Below, one piece after another: positions 35,449 through 43,462 of a stretch of 64,000 nucleotides of DNA (its first letter is position 1; every line of letters starts with the position of its first letter). The position numbers and the translations under genes were made by a program. The DNA is from Kineosporiaceae bacterium (GTDB taxonomy: Bacteria; Actinomycetota; Actinomycetes; Actinomycetales; Kineosporiaceae), in the NCBI GenBank assembly GCA_016713225.1, contig JADJPO010000002.1:107844-171843 (forward strand), read 5' to 3'. The notes under the pieces are model-generated. The model made no database searches, was not told the origin of the DNA, and worked only from the letters and a program-made list of their open reading frames with translations.

Positions 35449-37395
35449 CTAGAGATCGTTGTCCGCCTGGCCCTTCACAAGCCACGTCTCCAGCGAAATA
35501 AGGAATTCATGATCGTCTGGCCCGATGCTTCGCCCATGCGCAAGATCATTGCGTAGAGAGTTCAGTCTCTGAAGCCAAGAGGGACGCGCCTTCCAACCCC
35601 CAGGCTTCTTTTCATCACCGGGTCGCGTGTATTGCTTCTCGAACTGTCGGCCCCAGAGTCCACTGTCCTGCGTGAGAATCGCGTGGTAGTCAACGATGTA
35701 CAGGCAATCCCACGGTTCGACCTGCTCGTCGACGGACGCGGCATCCGCATTCTTCTCGGCAGCGAGCGTTCCGGCGCTCTTCTTGACACCCTTCGGAACT
35801 CCAGACTGGAACCAGTTCGATCCGAACTCGTTCTCCAGGCGCCTACGAACGTCGTTCTTGAGGAATAGCTCGATAAGCCTGACGCGTTCCTGAGAGTCGG
35901 CATCGTCCTGGCGGGCCTGCCCCGCAAGGTATTCCTCAAGGCCGGGAGGGTCAAATTCGGGAATCTGTGAGCGAACAGCTTCCTGGAGCCGACGCCAGTA
36001 CTTCGTAGCACCGCCGGACCCATACTGGCTTCTATAACCTGCAGCTTCATCGCCGGATACGCCAGAGAGATGCCTAACGAGCGCATCCAGATATGGCAAG
36101 CATGCGTGAAAGAGTTCATCCGCATCCTCGCTGTCATGAGCAATCTGACCGCGATTCAGAAGGTGATCAACAATATCACTGAACATTCGAAGGAGCGACT
36201 CAATACCGTTGTTAATGAATACGAACCCACCCTCCGCAGCACCCAATGACCATTGGGTGGAGAGGCCTCCCCGAATGTGCCCGAAACACAGAGTAAGGAA
36301 TTCGCTGAGTAGGTCGTAGGTGGCGTCATTGCTTCCCCGCACTAGGTTCCCGCGGTCTCGGACTTCCGTGCGCGTGTAGGAGCCCAGCAAAGTGCCGCGG
36401 TCGAGGCCGCGACTGATGGCGTCAATCGTGACGCACCGCGTCAACGTCCTCTTGTCTTCGCCGATGATGACCCTGCCGAAGAGGGGAGAGCCCCTGCTCT
36501 CGCCAAGTTGCTGTGCCACACGTAGCTTGAGCGCCCTCGCTTGCTCACGTAGGTCCGTGGAACTCCACAGCAAGTCTGCGTTAAGCGTGTTGCGAAGGTT
36601 CTTTGGAACCGCCTGCTGATTCTCGTTGATCTCCATGAAGATTCGCACCTGCTCCGAGCGGGGGAGATCAACGAACGCAACCACAGGAATTAGATCCGTC
36701 TCAGAGCGTGGCGAGTCGGCGTATCCGTATAGACGATGCTGCCCATCGATGATGTACGCGGCGCGATAGGTCTGAGGCAAATGAAGAATCCCCATTCGCG
36801 GGGAACCTTCTCCCTTGCTAACGGGGTCGAACCTAAGCGGCCGGCGTCCTGGGTCCACGCTGATGATGAGAGAATTGGGAAAGAACCCCCCGGCTTCAAT
36901 GAACTGAGAGACTTGCTTCAGGCGCGTCTTCTTGATCAGTCGCTGATAGGTCGGCATCAAGCTGCTGTTGGCCTTGTTTCTGTGCAAGATGTATCCGAGC
37001 TTGAGGAGTCGATCCGGCTCGATAACGAACGAGTAGTACTTGTGTCCGCCCATGTTGCACTGTATGGCAGCTACCCTTGGTTCGAGGCCCGGAATTTTCA
37101 TACCCGCAAACAGACTTCCGAGCAACTGGTAGCGAGCGGCCCTTCCGAGGTGTTCGGCAAGGTCGAGGTAGTAGTCGATAACGTCCTCGTCCATGTGAAC
37201 GACGTCTGATTCTATGAACTTGTCAGCGGTCGATCGGGAGATGATGCAATTGCTAGAGGCGACTACGAACTTCACCTTACGCTCAGGGAAACTTCTACGC
37301 AGGGAGGCCATGACCTGAGAGCGAGTCTCCTGAATGGCTGCTAGTTCATCGCGGAAGGTGTAAGCGCGCAAAGTATCCATCGAAACGCAATCCAC
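35449..37395 (-). CDS. Large multidomain protein: DGQHR (DndB/ParB-fold) domain + C-terminal Swt1-type HEPN domain; the N-terminus probably continues into ORF 37341..37754
   Basis: It carries YQRLIKKTRLKQVSQFIEAGGFFPNSLIIS and AAYIIDGQHRLYGY (DGQHR signature), then NENQQAVPKNLRNTL. The C-terminus has SNWFQSGVPKGV, PWDCLYIVDYHAIL and LNSLRNDLAHGR (Rx4H). Its codon usage is visibly AT-richer than in neighbouring genes. Confidence 0.8.
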   Translation of the reverse strand: MDCVSMDTLRAYTFRDELAAIQETRSQVMASLRRSFPERKVKFVVASSNCIISRSTADKFIESDVVHMDEDVIDYYLDLAEHLGRAARYQLLGSLFAGMKIPGLEPRVAAIQCNMGGHKYYSFVIEPDRLLKLGYILHRNKANSSLMPTYQRLIKKTRLKQVSQFIEAGGFFPNSLIISVDPGRRPLRFDPVSKGEGSPRMGILHLPQTYRAAYIIDGQHRLYGYADSPRSETDLIPVVAFVDLPRSEQVRIFMEINENQQAVPKNLRNTLNADLLWSSTDLREQARALKLRVAQQLGESRGSPLFGRVIIGEDKRTLTRCVTIDAISRGLDRGTLLGSYTRTEVRDRGNLVRGSNDATYDLLSEFLTLCFGHIRGGLSTQWSLGAAEGGFVFINNGIESLLRMFSDIVDHLLNRGQIAHDSEDADELFHACLPYLDALVRHLSGVSGDEAAGYRSQYGSGGATKYWRRLQEAVRSQIPEFDPPGLEEYLAGQARQDDADSQERVRLIELFLKNDVRRRLENEFGSNWFQSGVPKGVKKSAGTLAAEKNADAASVDEQVEPWDCLYIVDYHAILTQDSGLWGRQFEKQYTRPGDEKKPGGWKARPSWLQRLNSLRNDLAHGRSIGPDDHEFLISLETWLVKGQADNDL

Positions 37396-37754
37396 AACAA
37401 GAACAACCTCATCGTCAGCAGCGATAAGGAAACATTCCTGTCGCTCGACGCTCCACCGGCGAGCGGAATGGAAATCGACGACCCTCTGCTAATCGTTGGG
37501 AAGTACAGCCGTGCCAGCGCCGCCCAAGTACGGTCCAAGAACGCGGCGTCGTGAGCCTTTGGCACGCGCATTCTCACGGATGACTTTAGGCGACGGTCTA
37601 CAACCCATCCCTCGTCTTCAAGCGCAGGCACCATCGAGGGCCGCACCGTCCGGAAAAGGGAAGGGTTCAGTCGCTTCCTGGTCTCGGGCCGGACCCCTCG
37701 AGGCGGCACCCACGAATCGGAGGTGAATGCGTCGGGAACGCGGGCTGTGCTCAT
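37341..37754 (-). CDS. Probable N-terminal segment of the DGQHR/HEPN protein, separated from it by a 1-nt frame change near 37480-37500
   Basis: Its ATG overlaps the methyltransferase stop (ATGA at 37751-37754). The first ~85 aa look protein-like (EDEGWVVDRRLKSSVRMRVPKAHDAAFLDRTWAALARLYFP) and the remainder looks like out-of-frame sequence. The downstream frame is open from 37482 and reads VVDFHSARRWSVERQECFLIAADDEVVLVVDCVS. Confidence 0.5.
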   Translation of the reverse strand: MSTARVPDAFTSDSWVPPRGVRPETRKRLNPSLFRTVRPSMVPALEDEGWVVDRRLKSSVRMRVPKAHDAAFLDRTWAALARLYFPTISRGSSISIPLAGGASSDRNVSLSLLTMRLFLLWIAFRWILCALTPSAMN

Positions 37755-38593
37755 CGGCAGTCCGGTAGGTTAGTGAAGATGTACTCGGATGCGTTTCCTC
37801 GGACCGAGCCGGTTCCACCAACATTGTTGCGCCGCGTCAGCTCGATGCGTGTGTCTCCCTTGTCGAAGAGCTGCGCGATAGAGGAGTGGGCGGCGTTGGT
37901 GAGAATGTAGAACGCACCCCGCTCCTTGATTGCATCCACCAGGTCGCTGAGGCGATGCTGATCTTCAAAGGAAAAGAGCTTCTGATTGTACTTTACGAAG
38001 CCATTATTGTTGTGGGCAACCGTGTATGGAGGATCCAAGAAGACAAGGTCTCCATCCGTAACGTTGTCGATGCATTCCGCGAAGTCTGCAACGCGTAGTT
38101 CTGTTCCCTGGAGTGGCGCGGAGACCGCGCGGAGCCATTTACGATTCGGGATGTGTTCCTTCTCGCGACTACCATAGGGGACGTTGTATATCCCTTTGAG
38201 GTTGACTCGATAAATTCCATTAAAGGACGTAGCGTTCAGGAAAATGAATCGGGCCGCTCGACCCTTCGCTGTGCGCGGCTTGGAGTCGCGGAGATGGTAG
38301 TAATACTCGGGAGTGTTTCGATGCGTGCGCAAAATGTCGGCAACACCCTCTGGATCGTCGCGAATCTGCTGGTAGGTCTCGACAAGTTCCGCGTTGAGGT
38401 CCGCAAGGTATGACTTTCCTGAGGGGAGTATTCCGAGAAACACCGAGGCGCCACCAAGAAACGGCTCGTGGTAATTCTTAAATGAAGTCGAGTTCAACAT
38501 TTGTCGCAACGTGGGGACAAGCCAGCGCTTCCCGCCCGCCCATCGCAGTACCGGCTGCGCTCCTGAGCCGAGGGGAACACCGTTGCCGGTCAT
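37751..38593 (-). CDS. D12-class (Dam-family) N6-adenine DNA methyltransferase
   Basis: 280 aa with LRWAGGKRWL, EPFLGGASVF (AdoMet motif I) and LVFLDPPY (motif IV). The order is that of the alpha group. Confidence 0.9.
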   Translation of the reverse strand: MTGNGVPLGSGAQPVLRWAGGKRWLVPTLRQMLNSTSFKNYHEPFLGGASVFLGILPSGKSYLADLNAELVETYQQIRDDPEGVADILRTHRNTPEYYYHLRDSKPRTAKGRAARFIFLNATSFNGIYRVNLKGIYNVPYGSREKEHIPNRKWLRAVSAPLQGTELRVADFAECIDNVTDGDLVFLDPPYTVAHNNNGFVKYNQKLFSFEDQHRLSDLVDAIKERGAFYILTNAAHSSIAQLFDKGDTRIELTRRNNVGGTGSVRGNASEYIFTNLPDCR

Positions 38594-38745
38594 TCGGCGA
38601 TGCTAGCCGATCCCGTTGATCGAGTCAGGACGATGGAGACTGATGTCGCATGACCGTCAGCGGCGCGAAGCGCCATATCCTGCCGGTCGGCCAAACGCCA
38701 TCCGAGCTGCCAGCCTCGCTGGTCCGGCTCTGACGGATTGCCTGA

Positions 38746-39167
38746 AAGGACCGGCCGGCAGCCACTCCTGCAGCGCCACTCGTAGAGCCGCTCGGCCGAC
38801 GGTGGCTTCGTGTAGTTGCTGTCGCGGCTCACGCGTCGGCCATCTCGGCGGCGCTGCTGCACGCTGACGAGTCCGAAGCGGTCGTCACCGCGGCGTGGCT
38901 GCACGACATAGGTATGACCTCGGAAAGGACGCAGACTCGGACAAGGGTTGTGCCGCAGAGCGCTTGCGAGCTGACCCGACACCCATGCAGTGAATCGGTT
39001 CGGTTGAGTGGTCTATGCATTGGGTGCTCGGCCAACGCAGGTTTGCGAGCTCTGCGACTTTGAGCGGGTGTCGTGAGGGCGTAGGGGCTCGTGGCCCCGT
39101 CATGCTGACCGCGGCCGAGCGCCGCGAGGTCGCCGAGCCGCTTCGGCGGGGCCCGAAAGCAGGCTGA
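38746..39167 (+). pseudogene. Possible decayed HD-domain phosphohydrolase gene
   Basis: Frame 1 reads PLVEPLGRRWLRVVAVAAHASAISAALLHADESEAVVTAAWLHDIG, which resembles the start of small actinobacterial HD-domain proteins. No start codon is in frame and the sequence after HDIG needs frame changes. Confidence 0.3.
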
Positions 39168-39341
39168 GCTGTCACCGAAACACCCACCGCCGCCCAGGCG
39201 ACTGAGCGGGTTGCGATCCCGGTACTCCTCCCTCCCCAGCTCCGAGGCTATTCTCGGGCGCTTGCGGCGACGGTGAGGCCATGATGGTTACTCTCCGTAG
39301 CAGAGCTACGGATCAAGAGGCCGGTTCAGCCGGAGACCGAC

Positions 39342-39380
39342 TGTTGTTCATTGCTAACCCCTGTTCATGCATAATGAACG
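39342..39380 (+). promoter_or_regulatory. Putative AbiEi promoter/operator: GTTCAT x2 direct + ATGAAC inverted in an AT-rich patch
   Basis: The sequence is tgttGTTCATtgctaacccctGTTCATgcataATGAACg. The same arrangement and spacing recur at 43424-43462 before the paralogue. Confidence 0.5.
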
Positions 39381-40413
39381 AGTGCCTTTATTGAACGATG
39401 TGGATGTGGTGGATCGCGCGCTGGCTGGCCTGGCCGACGTGGGACTCCGAGCGGTCCGGCGAGGTGAGGGAGTGGTGGTCCACGCCGGGGATGGCGCGCA
39501 CCGCAGGTACCGGCTCGTGGTTCGTGATCGGATGACGGCGCCGGTGGCGGGGGCGATCGAGGCACCTGGTGAGGCGTCGGGTGCGGCGACGTTGGTGGTG
39601 GCACCGTTCGTTCCGGAGCCGGCGGCTGTGGTGTTGCGTGGGCGGGGTGTGGACTATGTGGATGCCGCCGGGAACGTGTCGTTGCGCTGGGGCGGCGTCT
39701 GGATCGACGTTCGTGGACGGCGCCGGGTCATGGCCGATGTCCCGGTGACCGCGCCGAGCGCGCGGCGTCCGTTCACGCGTTCGGGGGCGCAGGTGACCTT
39801 CTGTCTGTTGTCCTGGCCGCAGCTGTGCGCGACGAGTGTGCGCGAGATCGCCGCGGCCAGTGGGACGGCGGTGGGCACGGCACAGGCTGTACTGCAGGAC
39901 CTGATCACGGGTGGCTACCTGGTCGGGGCCGGCGCCGGGCGGCGCTTGGTGCGTGGCGGGGAATTGCTGACCCGGTGGGCGGAGGCCTATGCCCTGTCGC
40001 TCTACGCCTCGCTCGAGTTGGGCACGTACCACGCCGAGGACCCGCGCTGGTGGACCGATGCCGGCGAGGAGTTGCTCGACGCGGGGGTCGATCTGGGGGG
40101 TGAGGCGGCCGCGTCGCGGATGGATGCGCATCTGCGCCCCAGCGGGGCGATCCTCTACGCCGAGACAGTCCCGGCGGGCGTGCTGGCCGCCCATCGGTGC
40201 CGCCGCGTCCAGCGACCTGACGAGGCAAACGTGGTGGTGCGCAGGCGGTTCTGGACCGTCCCGCAGGAGTCGGATCCGACGGAACCGCAGGGGTTGGCGC
40301 CCTCGGTGTTGGTCTACGCCGATCTGCTGGTCTCGGGAGATCCCCGTCAGCGCGAACACGCTCTGCGAGTGAGGAGTGGTGATGCTCGACTGCGTCGGCT
40401 CGACGGAAGCTGA
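39367..40413 (+). CDS. AbiEi-like antitoxin/transcriptional regulator (type IV toxin-antitoxin, AbiEi_3-type), copy 1
   Basis: 348-aa ORF followed by an overlapping nucleotidyltransferase gene. It has a central wHTH-like segment (SVREIAAASGTAVGTAQAVLQDLITGGYLV). The family assignment is from memory of the AbiEi_3 architecture. The true start may be one of the in-frame GTG/TTG codons at 39382-39409. Confidence 0.65.
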   Translation: MHNERVPLLNDVDVVDRALAGLADVGLRAVRRGEGVVVHAGDGAHRRYRLVVRDRMTAPVAGAIEAPGEASGAATLVVAPFVPEPAAVVLRGRGVDYVDAAGNVSLRWGGVWIDVRGRRRVMADVPVTAPSARRPFTRSGAQVTFCLLSWPQLCATSVREIAAASGTAVGTAQAVLQDLITGGYLVGAGAGRRLVRGGELLTRWAEAYALSLYASLELGTYHAEDPRWWTDAGEELLDAGVDLGGEAAASRMDAHLRPSGAILYAETVPAGVLAAHRCRRVQRPDEANVVVRRRFWTVPQESDPTEPQGLAPSVLVYADLLVSGDPRQREHALRVRSGDARLRRLDGS

Positions 40414-41191
40414 CCTCCTGCTGGAGGCGCAGGCCCTCGGCCGACTCACCGCTGCCCTGGGCGCCCCAGCATCTGGCCTCATGGTCATCGGCGCCACGGC
40501 TCGAAACATCCTGTCCGTCGGCCTGTTCGGCCGCTTGCCCCGACGAGGTACCCGCGATGTCGACATCGCGGTCGCCGTCGCGTCGTGGTCCGCCTACGAG
40601 CGAGCCACGGCGACGTTGCGGCGCCGGGCTGGTGTGCACGCCTTCACCGTCGACGTCGACGGCGTGCACGTGCCGGTCGATGTCGTCCCCTACGGCGGTA
40701 TCGAAGCGGTCGACCGCACGGTCGACCTACCCGATGACCACAGGCTCAATGTCCTCGGACTCCGTGAGGCCTTCGCCACCGCCCAGACCGCGCGGCTGCC
40801 CGGCGACGTCCAGGTGAGGGTGCCCACCGTGCCCGGACTGACCCTGCTGAAGCTGGTCGCCTGGTCTGAGCGCCACCTGCTGCATCGACGCGATGCCGTG
40901 GACCTCGACGAGATCATCGGCTGGTACGCCCAGGGCCGCTTCCTCGACGCGTTGTACGCGGACGTCGCGCTGCTCGAGCTCTACGACTTCGACATCGAAC
41001 TGGCCGCCGCGCATCGCCTCGGATCCGACGTCAGCGCGCTCCTGTCGCCCGCTGCCCACGTCGCGATCGAGGCCCTCCTCGGTCAAGATCGCCGCGCTCG
41101 ACTCGCCGGCGACATGCTGCGATCGGCCACCCGGCATCCTCACCGCCTCGACGCACTCGCCAACGGTTTCGGTGCGGAGGTCGCCTCCTGA
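40382..41191 (+). CDS. Nucleotidyltransferase, AbiEii-like toxin candidate, copy 1 (intact)
   Basis: ATG 40382 lies 5 nt after GAGGAG and overlaps the upstream gene by 32 nt. It has the NTase motif GATARNIL...RGTRDVDIAV. Confidence 0.65.
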   Translation: MLDCVGSTEADLLLEAQALGRLTAALGAPASGLMVIGATARNILSVGLFGRLPRRGTRDVDIAVAVASWSAYERATATLRRRAGVHAFTVDVDGVHVPVDVVPYGGIEAVDRTVDLPDDHRLNVLGLREAFATAQTARLPGDVQVRVPTVPGLTLLKLVAWSERHLLHRRDAVDLDEIIGWYAQGRFLDALYADVALLELYDFDIELAAAHRLGSDVSALLSPAAHVAIEALLGQDRRARLAGDMLRSATRHPHRLDALANGFGAEVAS

Positions 41192-41328
41192 CCACACGGC
41201 CCGAGTCGACCATCGTGACGCCCTTCGGACCTCTCGCCCCACGAACGCCCCACCATCAGCGTCCTGCCGCGAATGCAGCCCGCGTTGTCACAGGTCAGCG
41301 GCCCGCGGCGCATCGATTGTGCGGCGGT

Positions 41329-41373
41329 CTACGGATCAAAAGGTTAGGGGTTCGAATCCCTTCGGGCGCGCAG
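41329..41373 (+). repeat. att copy 2 (attR of island A / attL of island B)
   Basis: It is identical to the 45 bp at 22248-22292. A further ~115 bp (41374-41487) repeats the sequence downstream of attL, including the integrase 3' end (22293-22408). Confidence 0.85.
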
Positions 41374-41483
41374 TGCATTCCTCAGTAAACAGCCTCTGAC
41401 CAGTGGTGACGTGGTCAGGGGCTGTTCTGGTTGTGTCCGGTCGTGGTCGGGTCGGGAATGGTCTTCGGTGCCCTTCCGCCCCA

Positions 41484-41876
41484 TGGGCGGGCTGGTCGAG
41501 GTGAACCACCCCGCGCTGCGCTCGCTCCGGGCGGGGGAGATCGCCGAGGCGGCGCGCGCTACCCTTGCGGTGCTGCTCGCCACCCAAGGCCACCTCCCGT
41601 GCTTTGAGCAAGGACGCCCGCCGAGCCGCCGCCCGAACCTCGAGACCCTCACCGCGCCGAGCCGGCCGTGTGCCCGGTCACGCCCCGCCGGCAGCCAACT
41701 GGGAAGGTCGCCGGGCTCTTCAACCAGGCCGTGGCCGCCGGCGGCGACTCAGCCCGCCGGCCGTCGATCTACGTCCACCAAGCCCTGGTCGAAGAGAGCC
41801 AGGGCATCAGCCTGAACACCGTGCGCGGCCAGATCCACCGCGCCGCGTCAAGGGCCTGAGCCCGCAGGTACCCTGA
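41484..41876 (+). pseudogene. Decayed paralogue of island gene 25385..26005
   Basis: GGLVEVNHPALRSLRAGEIAEAARATLAVLLAT is identical to the island A protein. Reading then needs several frame changes (track ORFs 41411.., 41565.., 41668..). Confidence 0.7.
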
Positions 41877-42357
41877 GCGACGCCACGAGGGATTCGCGGC
41901 AGAGGATGACTCGTTACTTCGCGAAAGGCTCAGCTGGCGCAGAAGATGTCCGTCACGCCGCGGAGCGACAACGCGCACAATGCCGACGAGCGGGAGGCTT
42001 AGCCTCACTGCAAACTCACGTCAGAGGCCTTGCCGCTGGGCAGTCGTGTTGGTCGTGTGTGTCAGCGCGGGAGAACAGGTGCACGACCTCGCACCTGCTC
42101 CTGGATGCAAGACCAGTTGCCAAGCCTCGGGATCTTCGTCTTTGGCGGTAACTCCGAGGACGGTGCCCCTGCGTCGCCTCTCGCACCCTGTGTGCTGAGG
42201 ACCTTGGCCCAGGGGCCAGCAGCGCGCCAGGGCTAGCGTCGAAGAAGCAGGTGTCGGCGTGCGTCGGCATCGGTGCGTTCACCCCTCGGGCAGACCGAAG
42301 TCGTTGCGGAGCAGACAGCGCGCCTAGCGGGATCGTGCTCGATGAAGGAGTCGACCC

Positions 42358-43275
42358 ATGGCCGCAATTATGCGTGAAGGGTATGACCGACGCAGCACGC
42401 CTGCGGCGGTCCTCTTGCTGACTCACCCGGTAGCCGCGTTCTTCGTGCTGGCCTACCTCCTCAGCTGGGTGTACTGGCTGTTTGTGCTCGGGATCATGGG
42501 ACGAGACACGCTTGCCTGGTTCATTCCTGGCGCCTTCGGGCCTCCACTCGCCGCGCTGATCGTGACGGGGCTGCTTGAGGGCCGGGCCGGTACTCGAGCG
42601 TTCCTGCGGCGCTGGGTCCAGTGGCGGGTCGGGGCGCGGTGGTACGTGCTGGCGCTGGTCGGCCTTCCGGCGCTGGGACTGCTTGTCGGGCTGCTGTCCC
42701 GGGACTGGAGCGAGCGGTTCGCCGGGTCGGGCCCATCGGTGGCCGTGACGTACCTCGCGACGTTGTCCCTCGTGGCGGTCTTGGGGGGTGGGCAGGAAGA
42801 GCCCGGATGGCGCGGATTCGCACTACCTCGCATGCAGGAGCGCATGGGGCCTCTCGCGGCGTCGGTGGTCTTGGGGGTGCTGTGGGGCCTGTGGCACCTA
42901 CCGGTGTTCATCCTCGTGCCTGGGTACAACTTCGCCGGCGCTGGCGTGGCCAGCATCGCCGGGAGCGTAGTGGTCTTCACGGCCGCCGGCACGGTCGGGC
43001 AGTCCCTGCTGCTGACGTGGCTGTTCAACCACACCGGTGGCAGCGTGCTCCTCGCTGTGCTGGCCCACGCATCGCTCAACGCCGGCACAGCGTTGGTCGC
43101 CGGTCGGACCGCGTCGATGGCCGTCGATGTGTTGTTTGGGGTCGTCGGTGTGGTTCTCGTGCTCGCGACACGGGGGACGCTCTCCTATCAGTCCGCTGGA
43201 CACTCAGGCGGCACCGGAGCTGCCGACTCTCGACCGGGGGCAGGCGTCCGCTTGAGGACCACGGCCCAGCGGTGA
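42358..43275 (+). CDS. CPBP-family intramembrane glutamic endopeptidase (CAAX protease / Abi family)
   Basis: ATG is preceded by GAAGGAG. It is a multi-pass membrane protein with the EEPGWRGF, LWGLWH and HASLN motifs. Confidence 0.85.
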   Translation: MAAIMREGYDRRSTPAAVLLLTHPVAAFFVLAYLLSWVYWLFVLGIMGRDTLAWFIPGAFGPPLAALIVTGLLEGRAGTRAFLRRWVQWRVGARWYVLALVGLPALGLLVGLLSRDWSERFAGSGPSVAVTYLATLSLVAVLGGGQEEPGWRGFALPRMQERMGPLAASVVLGVLWGLWHLPVFILVPGYNFAGAGVASIAGSVVVFTAAGTVGQSLLLTWLFNHTGGSVLLAVLAHASLNAGTALVAGRTASMAVDVLFGVVGVVLVLATRGTLSYQSAGHSGGTGAADSRPGAGVRLRTTAQR

Positions 43276-43423
43276 ACGCCGGGTCACGTCGCGCCCACGG
43301 TCGTGCATGAGGACCTCGTCGGTCATCGGCTCTCGTCGAAGCAGGGGCTCGGCGCCGCGGACACCGTCCTGGTCGCCCGGCCACCCACGTCCGACTTCGA
43401 GCGCCGCCCGGACGCCGCTGGGC

Positions 43424-43462
43424 GCGCGTTCATTCTTGACCCCTGTTCATGCATAATGAACG
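43424..43462 (+). promoter_or_regulatory. Second copy of the putative AbiEi operator
   Basis: The sequence is cgcGTTCATtcttgacccctGTTCATgcataATGAACg. Confidence 0.5.

Larger units (their letters stand above)
22248..41373. mobile_element. Integrative genomic island A at tRNA-Arg (int/xis + cargo, heavily invaded by IS elements)
   Basis: It is bounded by the 45-bp direct repeats. A tyrosine integrase and excisionase sit next to the tRNA. The cargo is IS-rich, has heterogeneous GC and includes defence-type genes. Confidence 0.75.

Noticed and set aside
38590-38982. 130-aa minus-strand ORF whose stop abuts the methyltransferase start, as a possible third gene of the defence module
   Set aside because: Its product is Arg-rich with no motifs. 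The opposite strand of the same DNA reads like an HD-domain protein (AAWLHDIG), so this ORF is most likely the antisense shadow of that decayed gene.
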